Assembly (NCBI GenBank): GCA_030741355.1
Contig: JASLVM010000002.1
Coordinates: 51,932 to 115,931 of the forward strand
DNA: 64,000 nt
Direction of reading: 5' to 3'
From: Poseidonia sp.
Lineage (GTDB): Archaea; Thermoplasmatota; Poseidoniia; Poseidoniales; Poseidoniaceae
The notes beneath the pieces were generated by a model. It was given only the letters and a program-made list of their open reading frames with translations, did not search any database and was not told where the DNA came from. Each line of letters begins with the position of its first letter. Position 1 is the stretch's first letter. A program made the translations under genes and the position numbers. Below are positions 9,692 through 19,563 of this stretch, one piece after another.

Positions 9692-9752
9692 ACCAAACCG
9701 TGCGGATACATCAAAAACCTCCAACCATGGAGAGTAAACGGACGTGGTTTGA

Positions 9753-10910
9753 ATGATTGGTCAATCTGACATCGCAGAAATCGTCGAAGAGTATGACCGA
9801 TTGAAGTTGCGGATCGGAATGACCGCTTCCCATTCAGCGTTGGATATCTGTGATGGAGCCATCGAGGAAGGGTTTCCGACCGTCGCCTACTGCAAGGAAG
9901 GACGCCACAAAACCTACGCCAACTATTTCAAAACCCAGCGAAGTTCCTCCGGCCGTGTTCTACGGGGCATGGTCGACAAAGCCATCGTGATGGACGACTT
10001 CAACGACGTTCTCGCCCCAGAGATGCAAGCTGAAATGCGCAAGCGGAACGTCATTTACATCCCCAACCGTTCCTTTACCTCCTATTCATCCATCAGTGAT
10101 ATTGAGGACAACTTCCGTGTGCCCATGTTTGGCTCTCGTAACATGCTCCGTATGGAGGAGCGAACCGAGGATCAAGACTACTATTGGATCCTGGAGAAGG
10201 CCGGCCTTCCCTATCCAGAGAAGATTGACAACCCCGAAGACATTGATTGTTTGGTCATCGTCAAGCTTCACCACGCTCAAAAGAAACTTGAGCGCGGCTT
10301 CTTTACCTGCGCTTCCTTCAAAGAATACCAAGAGAAATCCGCAGCGCTCCTCGCTGAAGGCGTCATTGACCAAGCCTCGCTTGACGGCGCTCGTATCGAA
10401 AGATATGTCATTGGCCCTGTGTTCAACTTGAACTTCTTTTACAGCCCGCTTGCTGATGAAGGAGAGCGATTGGAACTGCTCGGCGTCGACTGGCGATTTG
10501 AATCCTCACTCGACGGGCATGTTCGCCTTCCGGCACCTCAGCAAATGACCATGCCGATTCACCAGCAAATTCCCGAGATGACCGTGGTTGGCCACAACAC
10601 CGCCACCATCCGAGAATCCCTGCTTGAGAAAGCGTTTGAACTCGGTGAAAAGTTCATCACGGCCAGCAAGGAACATTACGACCCTGGCATCATCGGGCCG
10701 TTTTGTCTCCAAACCTGCATTGACAAGGACATGAACTACTACATCTACGATGTCGCCCCTCGTCTCGGTGGTGGCACGAATGTTCACGTCAGTGTTGGCC
10801 ACCCCTACGGCAACGCCACATGGCGAAAGCCCATGTCAAGCGGTCGTCGTATCGCTATGGAATTGCGAATGGCGGCCGAGCAAGACCGTCTACTCGAAGT
10901 CCTCACGTGA
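9753..10910 (+). CDS. purP: 5-formaminoimidazole-4-carboxamide ribonucleotide (FAICAR) synthetase, PurP
   Basis: The 385-aa product shows an ATP-grasp-like archaeal PurP pattern: ASHSALDICDGAIEEGF, IPNRSFTSY, VIGPVFNLNFFYSP, VVGHNTATIRESLL, GPFCLQT, YIYDVAPRLGGGTN. Confidence 0.85.
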   Translation: MIGQSDIAEIVEEYDRLKLRIGMTASHSALDICDGAIEEGFPTVAYCKEGRHKTYANYFKTQRSSSGRVLRGMVDKAIVMDDFNDVLAPEMQAEMRKRNVIYIPNRSFTSYSSISDIEDNFRVPMFGSRNMLRMEERTEDQDYYWILEKAGLPYPEKIDNPEDIDCLVIVKLHHAQKKLERGFFTCASFKEYQEKSAALLAEGVIDQASLDGARIERYVIGPVFNLNFFYSPLADEGERLELLGVDWRFESSLDGHVRLPAPQQMTMPIHQQIPEMTVVGHNTATIRESLLEKAFELGEKFITASKEHYDPGIIGPFCLQTCIDKDMNYYIYDVAPRLGGGTNVHVSVGHPYGNATWRKPMSSGRRIAMELRMAAEQDRLLEVLT

Positions 10911-10919
10911 TTTTTTACG

Positions 10920-12779
10920 TCATTCTTCAACGTCGTAGAAAGCCTCATCGGTGATTTCGTACCAAGGATTCACACCGATGTCGCTTGAGCCCTCATAGTA
11001 GGCGGTTGATTCCACGAAATAATAGGTCAGGTTGGCCTTTGCCCCCACGCCGTTGATGCTCCAACCTTCGTGGTTGTCCAAAGCGACAACCGGCCAAGCA
11101 TGGCCGCCCCATTCATCGTCCTCGGTCGCCTTCACACTGCCCAACATTAAGCCGGCATCGTAGCCAAGAGCCTCGACCAAACTGATGAACAGGGCGCTCG
11201 AATCTTCACAATCACCGCTGCGGTCGTAAAGCATCTCCAAGGGGTATTTCGGATACTCGGAAAAGTTGGTGGTGTCAATGTCGTAAGCGTACTGGATTTT
11301 CCCAACAAAGCCATAGATATACCGTAGAATGTCAATGTCCGATGTATAACCTTTGGAGATGGCATCTGCCCGGAGTTGGTCAGCCGTGGCTTTGACCGTG
11401 CCATCGTTGGGTGTTGAAAACGCTGCATACTGAGAGATAATGTCCGCGTTTGTATAGGCGTTCGACCAATCGATGGCGTGGTTCATGTTTCGGTACATGA
11501 GATAGTCTGCATGGGTGCTGGTGATCTGAATGCCGTGGGTTTGGCCACCGAAGTTCCAATAATATTCGACCCGAGTCATCCCAAGATAGTCCAGCGGTTC
11601 AAGAGAAAACTCCAGAGACCCTGCATCGCCATCTCCGCTCCCGTTGGCCACGAAGGAGAGGTTCTGCTCAGTGGCGAGGCTGTCATAGACCGCAGAATAC
11701 GTGAGGACGCCCTCATCGGGATGAATGTCCACATCATCATCAAAGAGGGGGTCCCAATCAATGACGGAGATGTTGATGTAATGATAACGAGTTGATTCAG
11801 GCAGATTGTAGGAAGAATTGATGCCGACATCCCGCCTCTCCCCAATGTAAAAAGCGGATTCGTACGGGCTCATGCATCCGTTGTACCCATCGTTTACGGA
11901 AATACAAAATCGAATATCTCCCCTGTCTGAAAACAGATCAACGGCATCGAAGAGCGTGAAATTTTCGAGGCGTACCATGACACCGATGTCCTTGCCAAGA
12001 TGAAGGTCGTCCTCATCCAAGGTCCCGTCGTTGTCGTCATCAGGGTCGGTGTTGTCTCCCAACCCATCACCGTCTGCATCGGCCCACTCAGCAACGTTCC
12101 AAGGAAACACATCGCTGTTATCGCCCCAGCCGTCGCCGTCGGTGTCCAACTGTTCGAATGGGTCCTCTGGGAAAGCGTCGCCGTTATCGCCGACACCGTC
12201 ATGGTCCGTATCCTGCCACTCGCTGGCATCCAAAGGAAAGACATCGAGCAAGTCTGAAACATTGTCGTTGTCGTCATCGTCGTCCTCCATGAAATCATGA
12301 CAGCCATCGCCGTCATGGTCCGTTTCTGCCGTCGGAAGCCAATCTATGCTTCCTGTTGGACAGGCGTCTGTATCGTCAGGAACTGTATCGTTATCGTCGT
12401 CGCCATCTTCCTCGCCATCGTGGCAACCGTCGCCATCGTGGTCCAGTGATTCGTCGTAAGTCCATTCAGCAAAGCCGTCAAAACAGTCATCCAGACCGTT
12501 GGCTAAGCCGTCTCCATCGATGTCGTTGGGATCATAATCTGAAAAGTTCCAAATCACCACGGCAACCAATGAGGACAGGAGAAGAATCCCAACCAACACG
12601 ATGCCCACAACAAGTCCTGGCGAGCCAACCGAAGCACGCTGGGCGGTTGCTTCCACCTGAACCGATTGTTCCTCGTACTCAGCCCGTTCACTTGGCACTT
12701 GCTCTAGAGGTGGTGCTTCCGCTTGTTCATCATCGGGCAGGTCTTGGGCTAGACTCCAGAACTCGCCTTGACCCACCAT
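10920..12779 (-). CDS. Type-II membrane-anchored protein with TSP3-type calcium-binding repeats and a C-terminal transglutaminase-like core
   Basis: It has an N-terminal TM (GLVVGIVLVGILLLSSLVAVVIW) and repeated DxDGDGxxDxxD motifs (DHDGDGCHD, DTDHDGVGDN, DADGDGLGDN). The transglutaminase Cys/His core is present: DRSGDCEDSSALFISLVEALGY...GGHAWPVV. Confidence 0.75.
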   Translation of the reverse strand: MVGQGEFWSLAQDLPDDEQAEAPPLEQVPSERAEYEEQSVQVEATAQRASVGSPGLVVGIVLVGILLLSSLVAVVIWNFSDYDPNDIDGDGLANGLDDCFDGFAEWTYDESLDHDGDGCHDGEEDGDDDNDTVPDDTDACPTGSIDWLPTAETDHDGDGCHDFMEDDDDDNDNVSDLLDVFPLDASEWQDTDHDGVGDNGDAFPEDPFEQLDTDGDGWGDNSDVFPWNVAEWADADGDGLGDNTDPDDDNDGTLDEDDLHLGKDIGVMVRLENFTLFDAVDLFSDRGDIRFCISVNDGYNGCMSPYESAFYIGERRDVGINSSYNLPESTRYHYINISVIDWDPLFDDDVDIHPDEGVLTYSAVYDSLATEQNLSFVANGSGDGDAGSLEFSLEPLDYLGMTRVEYYWNFGGQTHGIQITSTHADYLMYRNMNHAIDWSNAYTNADIISQYAAFSTPNDGTVKATADQLRADAISKGYTSDIDILRYIYGFVGKIQYAYDIDTTNFSEYPKYPLEMLYDRSGDCEDSSALFISLVEALGYDAGLMLGSVKATEDDEWGGHAWPVVALDNHEGWSINGVGAKANLTYYFVESTAYYEGSSDIGVNPWYEITDEAFYDVEE

Positions 12780-12833
12780 GGTAGGAAAGACAGCACCTCG
12801 GTCCTATAGCGCTTATGCCGGCGGAAAACAAAC

Positions 12834-15800
12834 TCAACCTTGGTAGGCAACCCACTGACCGGATGGGGCATCGTAGTAGGAAAGGTTTCCATTTTCATCC
12901 CTTGACCAGTGCACACCGTTTTCTTCCCATTGTTGTGGAGCGTCGGCTTGAAGAGAGGGGAGGTCTTTTGATTCAGCACCCATGTTTTGCTCCGTTGCTG
13001 CGTCCATGGAATCCATCGCATCCCCAAACGGACTGACTGCAAGCTCCGGCTTGCGGGTGTAGAAGTATCCTCCACCACCGAGTAGCCCGACCAAGAGAAG
13101 AGCAATAATGGCGTACAGGAGGCCGTTGCCTGATTCCTCCACAGCTGCTTGTGAACGTGTTGGATCTTCAGGGTAGGCATCCCAGCGGTCAGCCACCCCG
13201 TCGTTGTCCGAATCAACGGATTCATTGGCGTCGAATTTGAAGGCGTCTTCGGCGTCAACCACACCATCACCATCGGTGTCTCGCTGAGAATCAGCGCAAC
13301 CGACAACATCGATCAACTCGCCTTGAGGGGTGTTTTGACATTCATCAATGTGGTTCTTGATGCCATCGCCGTCGTCATCTTTCTGCTGCTCTGAGCAACC
13401 GTCAAGGTCAACGGGTTGTGTCACCGGTGTATCAGGACAAAGGTCCATGTTGTTCATGATATCGTCAAGGTCCTCATCCTTTTGAGACTGGGAACAACCA
13501 GCAGCGTCAACTTGCTCACCATCAGGGGTTACAGGGCAGGTGTCGTCTGCATCGGAGATGCCGTCGTTGTCTGCATCACGTTGGTTGGTAGCGCAACCGA
13601 GCATGTCCACGGTCAAGCCGTTCCCGGTTCCTGGACAATTGTCGATGTCGTCGGTGATTTCGTCTCCATCGCTGTCTTTTTGCGAGGGTGCGCAGCCTTG
13701 GGCGTCAGCGTTTTCCGAAAACGGTGTGTTGTCGCAAATATCGCTCGCATCCATCACGCCGTCCTGGTCGGTGTCTCGTTCGGAGGCAGCGCAGCCCACA
13801 CCGTTAACCGGTTCACCTGCCGAGGTGGTCGGGCATTGGTCTCGGTCATCCGTGATGGTGTCACCGTCCGTGTCGAGTTGACTGGTCGCACATCCTGCTG
13901 CATCCACCACAGCGCCCAGAGGGGTATTGGGGCAAGCATCGAAGGCATCCATGACACCGTCGTTGTCTCCGTCCTCTTGACTGCTGGAACAGCCGACATT
14001 GTCAACCGTCTCACCGGCAGGCGTGTTGGGGCAGGCATCGTTTGCATCGCTGACACCGTCCATGTCGCTATCGATTTGAGAGAGTGAACAACCGTTCCCA
14101 TCAACCGCTTCACCGGCCGGCGTATCCAGACACAAGTCCGGGTTGTTGCCGTTGGCATTGTCGCCGTAGCCATCACCGTCTGCATCTCGCCATTGCGTGG
14201 CGTCGTTGGGGAAAGCGTCAGCGTTCAAACCAGCGGCGTTATCGCCGTAGCCGTCACCATCGGTATCCACCCATTGGGTTGAATCGGTTGGGAAAGCATC
14301 CGGTGTTGTGCCTGCTTGGTTATCACCGTAGCCATCACCATCGACGTCGGACCACTGGCTGGCGTCGTCAGGGAAGGCGTCGGCATTGTTGCCTTGGGGA
14401 TTGTCGCCGTAGCCGTCGCCATCGCCGTCTTCCCATTGGGTGCTGTCGGCAGGGAAGACGTCAGGCGTGGTACCGTTGGGGTTGTCGCCGTAGCCATCGC
14501 CGTCAGCGTCGGACCATTGACTCGCATCGTTGGGGAAGGCATCACCGTTGGTGCCCGTTGGGTTGTCTCCAAAGCCATCGCCGTCGCTGTCTTTCCATTG
14601 GCTGCTATCGGATGGCCACTCATCGGGGTTGTTTCCGCTGGCGTTGTCGCCGTACCCGTCGCCGTCAGCGTCAGACCACTGCGTTGGGTCGGTCGGGAAG
14701 GCGTCAGGGTAGTTTCCGTTGGCGTTATCGCCGTAGCCATCGCCGTCAGCGTCGGACCACTGGGTTCCATCGGTAGGGAAGGCATCGGCCATGTTTCCGC
14801 TGGCGTTGTCGCCGTAGCCGTCGCTGTCCATATCCGACCACTGGGTTCCATCGGTGGGGAAGGCATCAACATCGTCGTTGTACCCGTCATTGTCCGTGTC
14901 CTTTTGAGAGAGAGCGCAACCGTTCAGATCCACGATCGCACCGGTGGCGGTGTTTGGACATGCATCGGATTCATTGGGCACGCCGTCGTTATCATCGTCT
15001 TGGACCAAAGTGAAACAATCTGAATCGCCGATGAGTTGCACGGAGACATCGGAATACAAATCGATGTGAACACAATAGGTTCCAGAAGCATTCGGCGTGT
15101 TGTAAGTGAATGTTGGCATACTTTGGTTTTGAGCGGTCGCGGTGAAGGAGGTCATGGTGGACGTGACGAGATTCGCCCCGGATGCGTCGGTCACGCGATA
15201 CTGGTACTGGTAGCTATCACCAACCACCAAGTCCAGTCCTTCGGCCTGGACATTGTTGGTAGTCGCAGTTGAACTCGCCGAGTAAGAAGCAATGGTCAAT
15301 GTGGGCAGTTGTGGAATGAATTCGTAGAAATGAAGTCCGGTTAGATTGTCGTTATCACTCAAATTGACGGTGGTGCCGTTTTGTGAAATGTGGGCGAGGA
15401 ACAGGTGGTCGTTCATCGTCGTAGGCCCCGTCCACGTGATCTGATAGGTCATGGAAGAGGTGGTCGGCATGAGGTACCACATGTCGGAATCGATCATCGA
15501 ATCGTTGATCGCTGCGTTAACATCGTTTGAAACCGTGAAATTGTTGAGCCATTCGTCGTAATCGAGAACAATCCATTCTACCACATAATCGCCACCAACC
15601 GTCAAGTTGGTCAGTTCAATGTCGCCGGTCGTTGACGAAGTAGCTTCAATTTCAACCATCTCGATGTAGAGCGCATCCGTATCGGTGTTGAGGGCGGCAT
15701 TGTTGGCGTTGAACAATGTTGAGGTCACGACGAAGGTCGATTCGTTATTCGTCGCCATGGTCGTGATGTTGACGCTGTGGGTGGTGCCGTTGGCGGTGAA

Positions 15801-16916
15801 GTTACCGTTGGTTGATGGGCCCCAGTCTTCATCGCCGTCGAGATGAACTTGACCGTACGTGTGGTTGTAGTTGTATGTCGTGCCGCTGGTCAATCCGGAG
15901 AACGAGAGCGTGGAGTGGGTGGTGTTGGAGATGGCGACATCCACCGTCTCAAAGGCTTGACCGCCACCGGGGTTGTCCGTGGTGATTTCAATATCGTAAG
16001 TGTTGGTTGCACTCGAATAGCCGTAAACATGGACGTAGGTGGACTGGTTTGTTGTGGCCAACACTTGCATCGATTCGAGGTTACCTGTTGAACCGGAACT
16101 GTCGAGATAACCGCCGGTTGAAGAGACCCATTCCGTGTCGATGTCTCCTAAGAACCCGTTGAAGGAGACGTTCACATAATACGAAACGCCGGTGATCATG
16201 TCGACCTCAAAGTAGTCGGAATCGGTGGTGGTGTGAATGGACAAACCGGTGCAAGAAAGGGGAAGGAGCGAAGCTGAGGTGGCTGCTGAAGTGGAGTCAT
16301 TGGGTTCGAGGATGTCAGAGGTCAGGGTGCCTGCTCCGGTGCAGTTGCTCACTGAGGAGTTACCGCCGCCACCGCCGCCGGTGCTTCCAACGGTAAATTT
16401 GTGGAGGGTAAGGTTCCATGTCCCAACACCGCTGTAGCGTAGAATGTTGATGTAAACCATGCCACCGTGCGCACCGGTAGTCGTGTTGGTCGAGAGGCTT
16501 TCTGGATTTGACATCCATGAACTTCCAATCATGGTCAAGTTCGCATCGTAGAAGATGAGGTCAAAATCATTGGTGACGCTCGTCCCGTTAGGAAAGGTGG
16601 TACTCGACGGGAACGAAAGCGTAGCTGAGAGCCCTTCATTGGCATTCAAAGCGACACGCAAGTAGTCGTTGTCATCACCATAATCCAACTCACCCGAACC
16701 GGTGTAGCTTCCCGTGAAGATGTAGTTGGTGATGTTTACGCTGGTGTTATCGGGCAAATCCCCACCGGAATTGAGATCGTTTTGGTTTGGCCCAACGGCT
16801 TGAACCGCAGGTGTTAGGCCAACGAGGATGGTGGAGAGAACCAACATTAACGAGAGCAGGGCGGAGGTGGTCTTGTTGTTACGGACACGCGCTTCGTTCA
16901 TGAACCAGCCAAGCAT
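12834..16916 (-). CDS. Giant surface protein with PPC-like N-terminal domains, a long TSP3-type repeat array and a C-terminal TM
   Basis: The signal sequence is MLGWFMNEARVRNNKTTSALLSLMLVLSTILVGLTPAVQA (ATG at 16916 or 16901). PPC-like motifs are present (EPNDSTSAA...DSDYFEV). There are dozens of DxDxDGxxDxxD motifs, then a TM (LLYAIIALLLVGLLGGGGYFY) and a ~70-aa cytoplasmic tail. Confidence 0.8.
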   Translation of the reverse strand: MLGWFMNEARVRNNKTTSALLSLMLVLSTILVGLTPAVQAVGPNQNDLNSGGDLPDNTSVNITNYIFTGSYTGSGELDYGDDNDYLRVALNANEGLSATLSFPSSTTFPNGTSVTNDFDLIFYDANLTMIGSSWMSNPESLSTNTTTGAHGGMVYINILRYSGVGTWNLTLHKFTVGSTGGGGGGNSSVSNCTGAGTLTSDILEPNDSTSAATSASLLPLSCTGLSIHTTTDSDYFEVDMITGVSYYVNVSFNGFLGDIDTEWVSSTGGYLDSSGSTGNLESMQVLATTNQSTYVHVYGYSSATNTYDIEITTDNPGGGQAFETVDVAISNTTHSTLSFSGLTSGTTYNYNHTYGQVHLDGDEDWGPSTNGNFTANGTTHSVNITTMATNNESTFVVTSTLFNANNAALNTDTDALYIEMVEIEATSSTTGDIELTNLTVGGDYVVEWIVLDYDEWLNNFTVSNDVNAAINDSMIDSDMWYLMPTTSSMTYQITWTGPTTMNDHLFLAHISQNGTTVNLSDNDNLTGLHFYEFIPQLPTLTIASYSASSTATTNNVQAEGLDLVVGDSYQYQYRVTDASGANLVTSTMTSFTATAQNQSMPTFTYNTPNASGTYCVHIDLYSDVSVQLIGDSDCFTLVQDDDNDGVPNESDACPNTATGAIVDLNGCALSQKDTDNDGYNDDVDAFPTDGTQWSDMDSDGYGDNASGNMADAFPTDGTQWSDADGDGYGDNANGNYPDAFPTDPTQWSDADGDGYGDNASGNNPDEWPSDSSQWKDSDGDGFGDNPTGTNGDAFPNDASQWSDADGDGYGDNPNGTTPDVFPADSTQWEDGDGDGYGDNPQGNNADAFPDDASQWSDVDGDGYGDNQAGTTPDAFPTDSTQWVDTDGDGYGDNAAGLNADAFPNDATQWRDADGDGYGDNANGNNPDLCLDTPAGEAVDGNGCSLSQIDSDMDGVSDANDACPNTPAGETVDNVGCSSSQEDGDNDGVMDAFDACPNTPLGAVVDAAGCATSQLDTDGDTITDDRDQCPTTSAGEPVNGVGCAASERDTDQDGVMDASDICDNTPFSENADAQGCAPSQKDSDGDEITDDIDNCPGTGNGLTVDMLGCATNQRDADNDGISDADDTCPVTPDGEQVDAAGCSQSQKDEDLDDIMNNMDLCPDTPVTQPVDLDGCSEQQKDDDGDGIKNHIDECQNTPQGELIDVVGCADSQRDTDGDGVVDAEDAFKFDANESVDSDNDGVADRWDAYPEDPTRSQAAVEESGNGLLYAIIALLLVGLLGGGGYFYTRKPELAVSPFGDAMDSMDAATEQNMGAESKDLPSLQADAPQQWEENGVHWSRDENGNLSYYDAPSGQWVAYQG
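14150..14890 (-). repeat. About nine tandem 81-bp (27-aa) repeats inside the giant surface-protein gene
   Basis: The protein repeat unit is AFP(T/N)D.(T/S)QW.D.DGDGYGDN..G...D. At the DNA level the + strand shows recurring gccgtagcc(a/g)tc(a/g)ccgtc...ccattg/ccactg units every 81 nt. Confidence 0.85.
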
Positions 16917-16950
16917 TGGAAGTATATCACGCCTGCCCCGTTGGCGAACG

Positions 16951-17190
16951 TCAAATGGCGGTGGGAGCGACGTGCCCGTCGCCTTTGTCATCGGGTTGAC
17001 GAACACGCGACCAAACACCGCCCATCAATTCGTCGTGGTGACCTTGACAGTAATGGAAACGGCGGTAGGCCTCACGGAAGGAATAGGCTTTCTTGCCCGT
17101 GGCGACCAAGTAGCCCTCCGGCGAAAGACGCGAGACGATGGTGCCAACTTCTTGGCATCCTGGGAAGTCGCACACCGGTTCACCGTCCAT
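16951..17190 (-). CDS. Small Cys/His-rich protein (putative metal-binding), last gene of the carboxylase cluster
   Basis: 79 aa with an ATG start: MDGEPVCDFPGCQEVG...FHYCQGHHDEL. It fits exactly between the BCCP gene and the next gene. I did not recognise a family. Confidence 0.4.
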   Translation of the reverse strand: MDGEPVCDFPGCQEVGTIVSRLSPEGYLVATGKKAYSFREAYRRFHYCQGHHDELMGGVWSRVRQPDDKGDGHVAPTAI

Positions 17191-17243
17191 GTTCTCAACT
17201 CACCTTGATGCTACATTAACTCTTGCTCACATCAAGAGATTCT

Positions 17244-17651
17244 TCAGTCCTCGTCCTCTGTAGCGACGGGTTCAATCACGACCAAAGGCACGTTGGCCTC
17301 GATGGCTTCACCCTCTGTGCAGTGAACCGATAGAACGGTTCCCGAAACAGGAGCTTGGATTTCGTTTTGCATTTTCATGGCCTCAAGAATCAAAATGACT
17401 TGCCCCTCACTCACCTCTTGGCCTTCCTCAACCTCCACGGTGACGACCTTGCCGGGAATATTGGCGGAAACCGTTCCGGATTTCTTCTTCTTACGCCCAC
17501 CCGAACGTCGGGGTTTGGCAGAGACCGCTGCTTCGGGCATCTCAATGTCGAAGGTTTGCCCTCCAACAGTAGCCTTCCACATGGTGCCTTCGCCGTCGAG
17601 TTCAACTTCGTATTCCGTCCCGTTCACGATGACTTTTCGTGTTTCTGACAT
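17244..17651 (-). CDS. Biotin carboxyl carrier protein (biotinyl domain)
   Basis: The C-terminus is GQVILILEAMKMQNEIQAPVSGTVLSV, which has the canonical (A/V)MKM biotinylation motif. A basic linker (RRSGGRKKKKSG) precedes it. Confidence 0.85.
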   Translation of the reverse strand: MSETRKVIVNGTEYEVELDGEGTMWKATVGGQTFDIEMPEAAVSAKPRRSGGRKKKKSGTVSANIPGKVVTVEVEEGQEVSEGQVILILEAMKMQNEIQAPVSGTVLSVHCTEGEAIEANVPLVVIEPVATEDED

Positions 17652-17655
17652 GTTT

Positions 17656-17847
17656 TTACCTCCATGGGGAGCGCCCCGAGCGGGCGTTCATCAGTGATGT
17701 CTTTCCGGTCATTTGACGGCGGTGATCTTGTGACCAAGCCGAGCCAGGCTGGCGAGCGATTTGAGCCGGGTCGTCCCCGTCGGCTTGCGTTTCGGCGAGA
17801 ACCGCAGCGATAGCGGCCATCATCAATTCGGAGATTTCATCTGCCAT
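17656..17847 (-). CDS. Small subunit, possibly acyl-CoA carboxylase epsilon-like
   Basis: 63 aa, lying between pccB and the BCCP gene with gaps of 10 nt or less. The pattern ELMMAAIAAVLAE...SAW...SPWR loosely resembles the ELAAL...W...W pattern of ACC epsilon subunits. Confidence 0.35.
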   Translation of the reverse strand: MADEISELMMAAIAAVLAETQADGDDPAQIARQPGSAWSQDHRRQMTGKTSLMNARSGRSPWR

Positions 17848-17856
17848 TCCATCACC

Positions 17857-19410
17857 TCAAAGTGGGATATTGCCGTGCTTTCGAGCCGGTCGAAGTTCTT
17901 CCTTATCCATCAACATCTCAAGCGCTCTGCTCAGACGTTGGCGCGTCTGGTTAGGCTCAATGACATCGTCAAGATACCCAAGGGCTGCAGCCTTGTACGG
18001 GTTGGCAAATGTTTCTTTGAAGTCCTCTGTAAGTCGCTCTCGTTCTTGCTCTGGGTTTCGAGCGTGGGCGATGCGTCGGCGGTGAATGATTTCCACCGCA
18101 CCGTCGGCCCCCATCACGGCCAGCTCTGCCGAAGGCCACGCTACGTTGTAATCGCCACGGATGTGCTTGCTCGACATGACGTCGTAAGCGCCGCCGTAGG
18201 CTTTGCGGAGGATGACGGTCAACTTCGGCACGGTAGCCTCGGCAAAGGCGTAGAGGAGTTTGGCACCGTGACGGATGATGCCACCCCATTCTTGGTTGGT
18301 TCCTGGAAGGAAACCGGGGACGTCCTCGAAGGTCAAGATGGGGATGTTGAAGGCATCACAGAACCGAACAAAGCGAGCGGCTTTGTCGCTGGCGTCAATA
18401 TCAAGGCAACCTGCGAGAATCTTGGGTTGGTTGGCGACCACGCCGACCGTATGCCCACCAAGGTGGCCAAAGCCGACCACGATGTTTTGAGCCCATTCCG
18501 CTTGAACTTCCATGAAACCACCGTCGTCCAACACCTCGGTGATGACGTCAAGGACATCGTAGGGTTTGGCCGGGTCATCGGGAATGATGCTGTCAAGGCC
18601 GTCGCAGGAACGGTCCTTGCTGTCCGAGGTCTTCTTCATCGGCGGTCGCTCAAGGTTGTTGGGAGGCAACATATCGCAGAGGTCTCGAGCCATCTGAATG
18701 GCGTGTTCGTCGTCGCTGGCGGTAAAGTGCGATACACCCGACTTCGAGCCGTGCGTGGCTGCACCACCGAGGTCTTCGAAACTGACCACTTCGTTGGTGA
18801 CCGTCTTGATGACCTCCGGGCCGGTGATGAACATGTGGGCCGTCTGGTCGACCATGATGACAAAGTCCGTGATGGCCGGGGAATAGACAGCCCCGCCCGC
18901 ACACGGGCCCATGATGACCGAGATTTGCGGAACGACGCCCGAGGCTCGCACGTTGCGGAAGAAAATCTCGGCGTAGGAACCAAGCGAAGCCACGCCTTCT
19001 TGGATACGTGCGCCGCCGGAGTCGTTCATCCCGATGACAGGACGGCCGGTCTTGAGCGCCATGTCCAGCACCTTGCAAATCTTGAGGCCGTGCATCTCAC
19101 CCAGCGAACCACCGTAGACGGTGAAGTCCTGAGCGAACGCAAACACTTCTCGCCCGTTGATGGTCCCGTGGCCGGTGACCACGCCGTCACCAGGAATGAC
19201 GTTCTTATCCATGTCAAAGTCGCGGCATCGGTGTTCAACCAGCGCATCGATCTCCTGGAAACTGCCTTCATCGAGCAACAATTCAAGTCGCTCACGGGCC
19301 GTCATCTTCCCACGGTTGTGTTGGGCTTCAACACGGGCTTGGCCTCCGCCGGCCTCGCTGCGTGCCTTGCGATTTCGTAGGTCCTTGAGTCGCTCTTCGG
19401 TGCCTGACAT
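17857..19410 (-). CDS. pccB: Acyl-CoA (propionyl-CoA) carboxylase carboxyltransferase beta subunit / methylmalonyl-CoA carboxyltransferase
   Basis: Motifs seen: [92 protein letters not shown]. Position 19413 is a TTG; the ATG is at 19410. Confidence 0.9.
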   Translation of the reverse strand: MSGTEERLKDLRNRKARSEAGGGQARVEAQHNRGKMTARERLELLLDEGSFQEIDALVEHRCRDFDMDKNVIPGDGVVTGHGTINGREVFAFAQDFTVYGGSLGEMHGLKICKVLDMALKTGRPVIGMNDSGGARIQEGVASLGSYAEIFFRNVRASGVVPQISVIMGPCAGGAVYSPAITDFVIMVDQTAHMFITGPEVIKTVTNEVVSFEDLGGAATHGSKSGVSHFTASDDEHAIQMARDLCDMLPPNNLERPPMKKTSDSKDRSCDGLDSIIPDDPAKPYDVLDVITEVLDDGGFMEVQAEWAQNIVVGFGHLGGHTVGVVANQPKILAGCLDIDASDKAARFVRFCDAFNIPILTFEDVPGFLPGTNQEWGGIIRHGAKLLYAFAEATVPKLTVILRKAYGGAYDVMSSKHIRGDYNVAWPSAELAVMGADGAVEIIHRRRIAHARNPEQERERLTEDFKETFANPYKAAALGYLDDVIEPNQTRQRLSRALEMLMDKEELRPARKHGNIPL

Positions 19411-19563
19411 CAACTTCCCCGTACCTTTGTCGGCCTAAGCCGCCCTTATTGCTTGCTCTTCAGCAGATTGACGAAAGGCGAATTCCACGGCCAGCGGTGA
19501 AAGAGAACTCAAGCCGAGCGGAAACAGGGTTGTGTTGATAGGGAAGCGACCCCTCCTCATACC

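Noticed and set aside
8630-9724. 364-aa ORF on the - strand, plus the ORF at 608-1324 on the + strand
   Set aside because: They are antisense to coiled-coil genes. The periodic K/E codons of the sense strand produce long stop-free L/F/S-rich antisense frames.
14084-15023. Several Arg- or Val/Gly-rich ORFs on both strands, and the periodic 81-bp repeats (checked as a possible CRISPR array)
   Set aside because: They are alternative frames of the TSP3 repeat array. The repeats are contiguous with no unique spacers and are in frame with a 1360-aa protein, so this is not a CRISPR array.
17761-19380. 539-aa ORF on the + strand
   Set aside because: It is exactly antisense to the well-supported pccB gene. 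Its composition is Arg/Gly/Val-rich and low in information, which is typical of shadow ORFs in GC-rich coding DNA.
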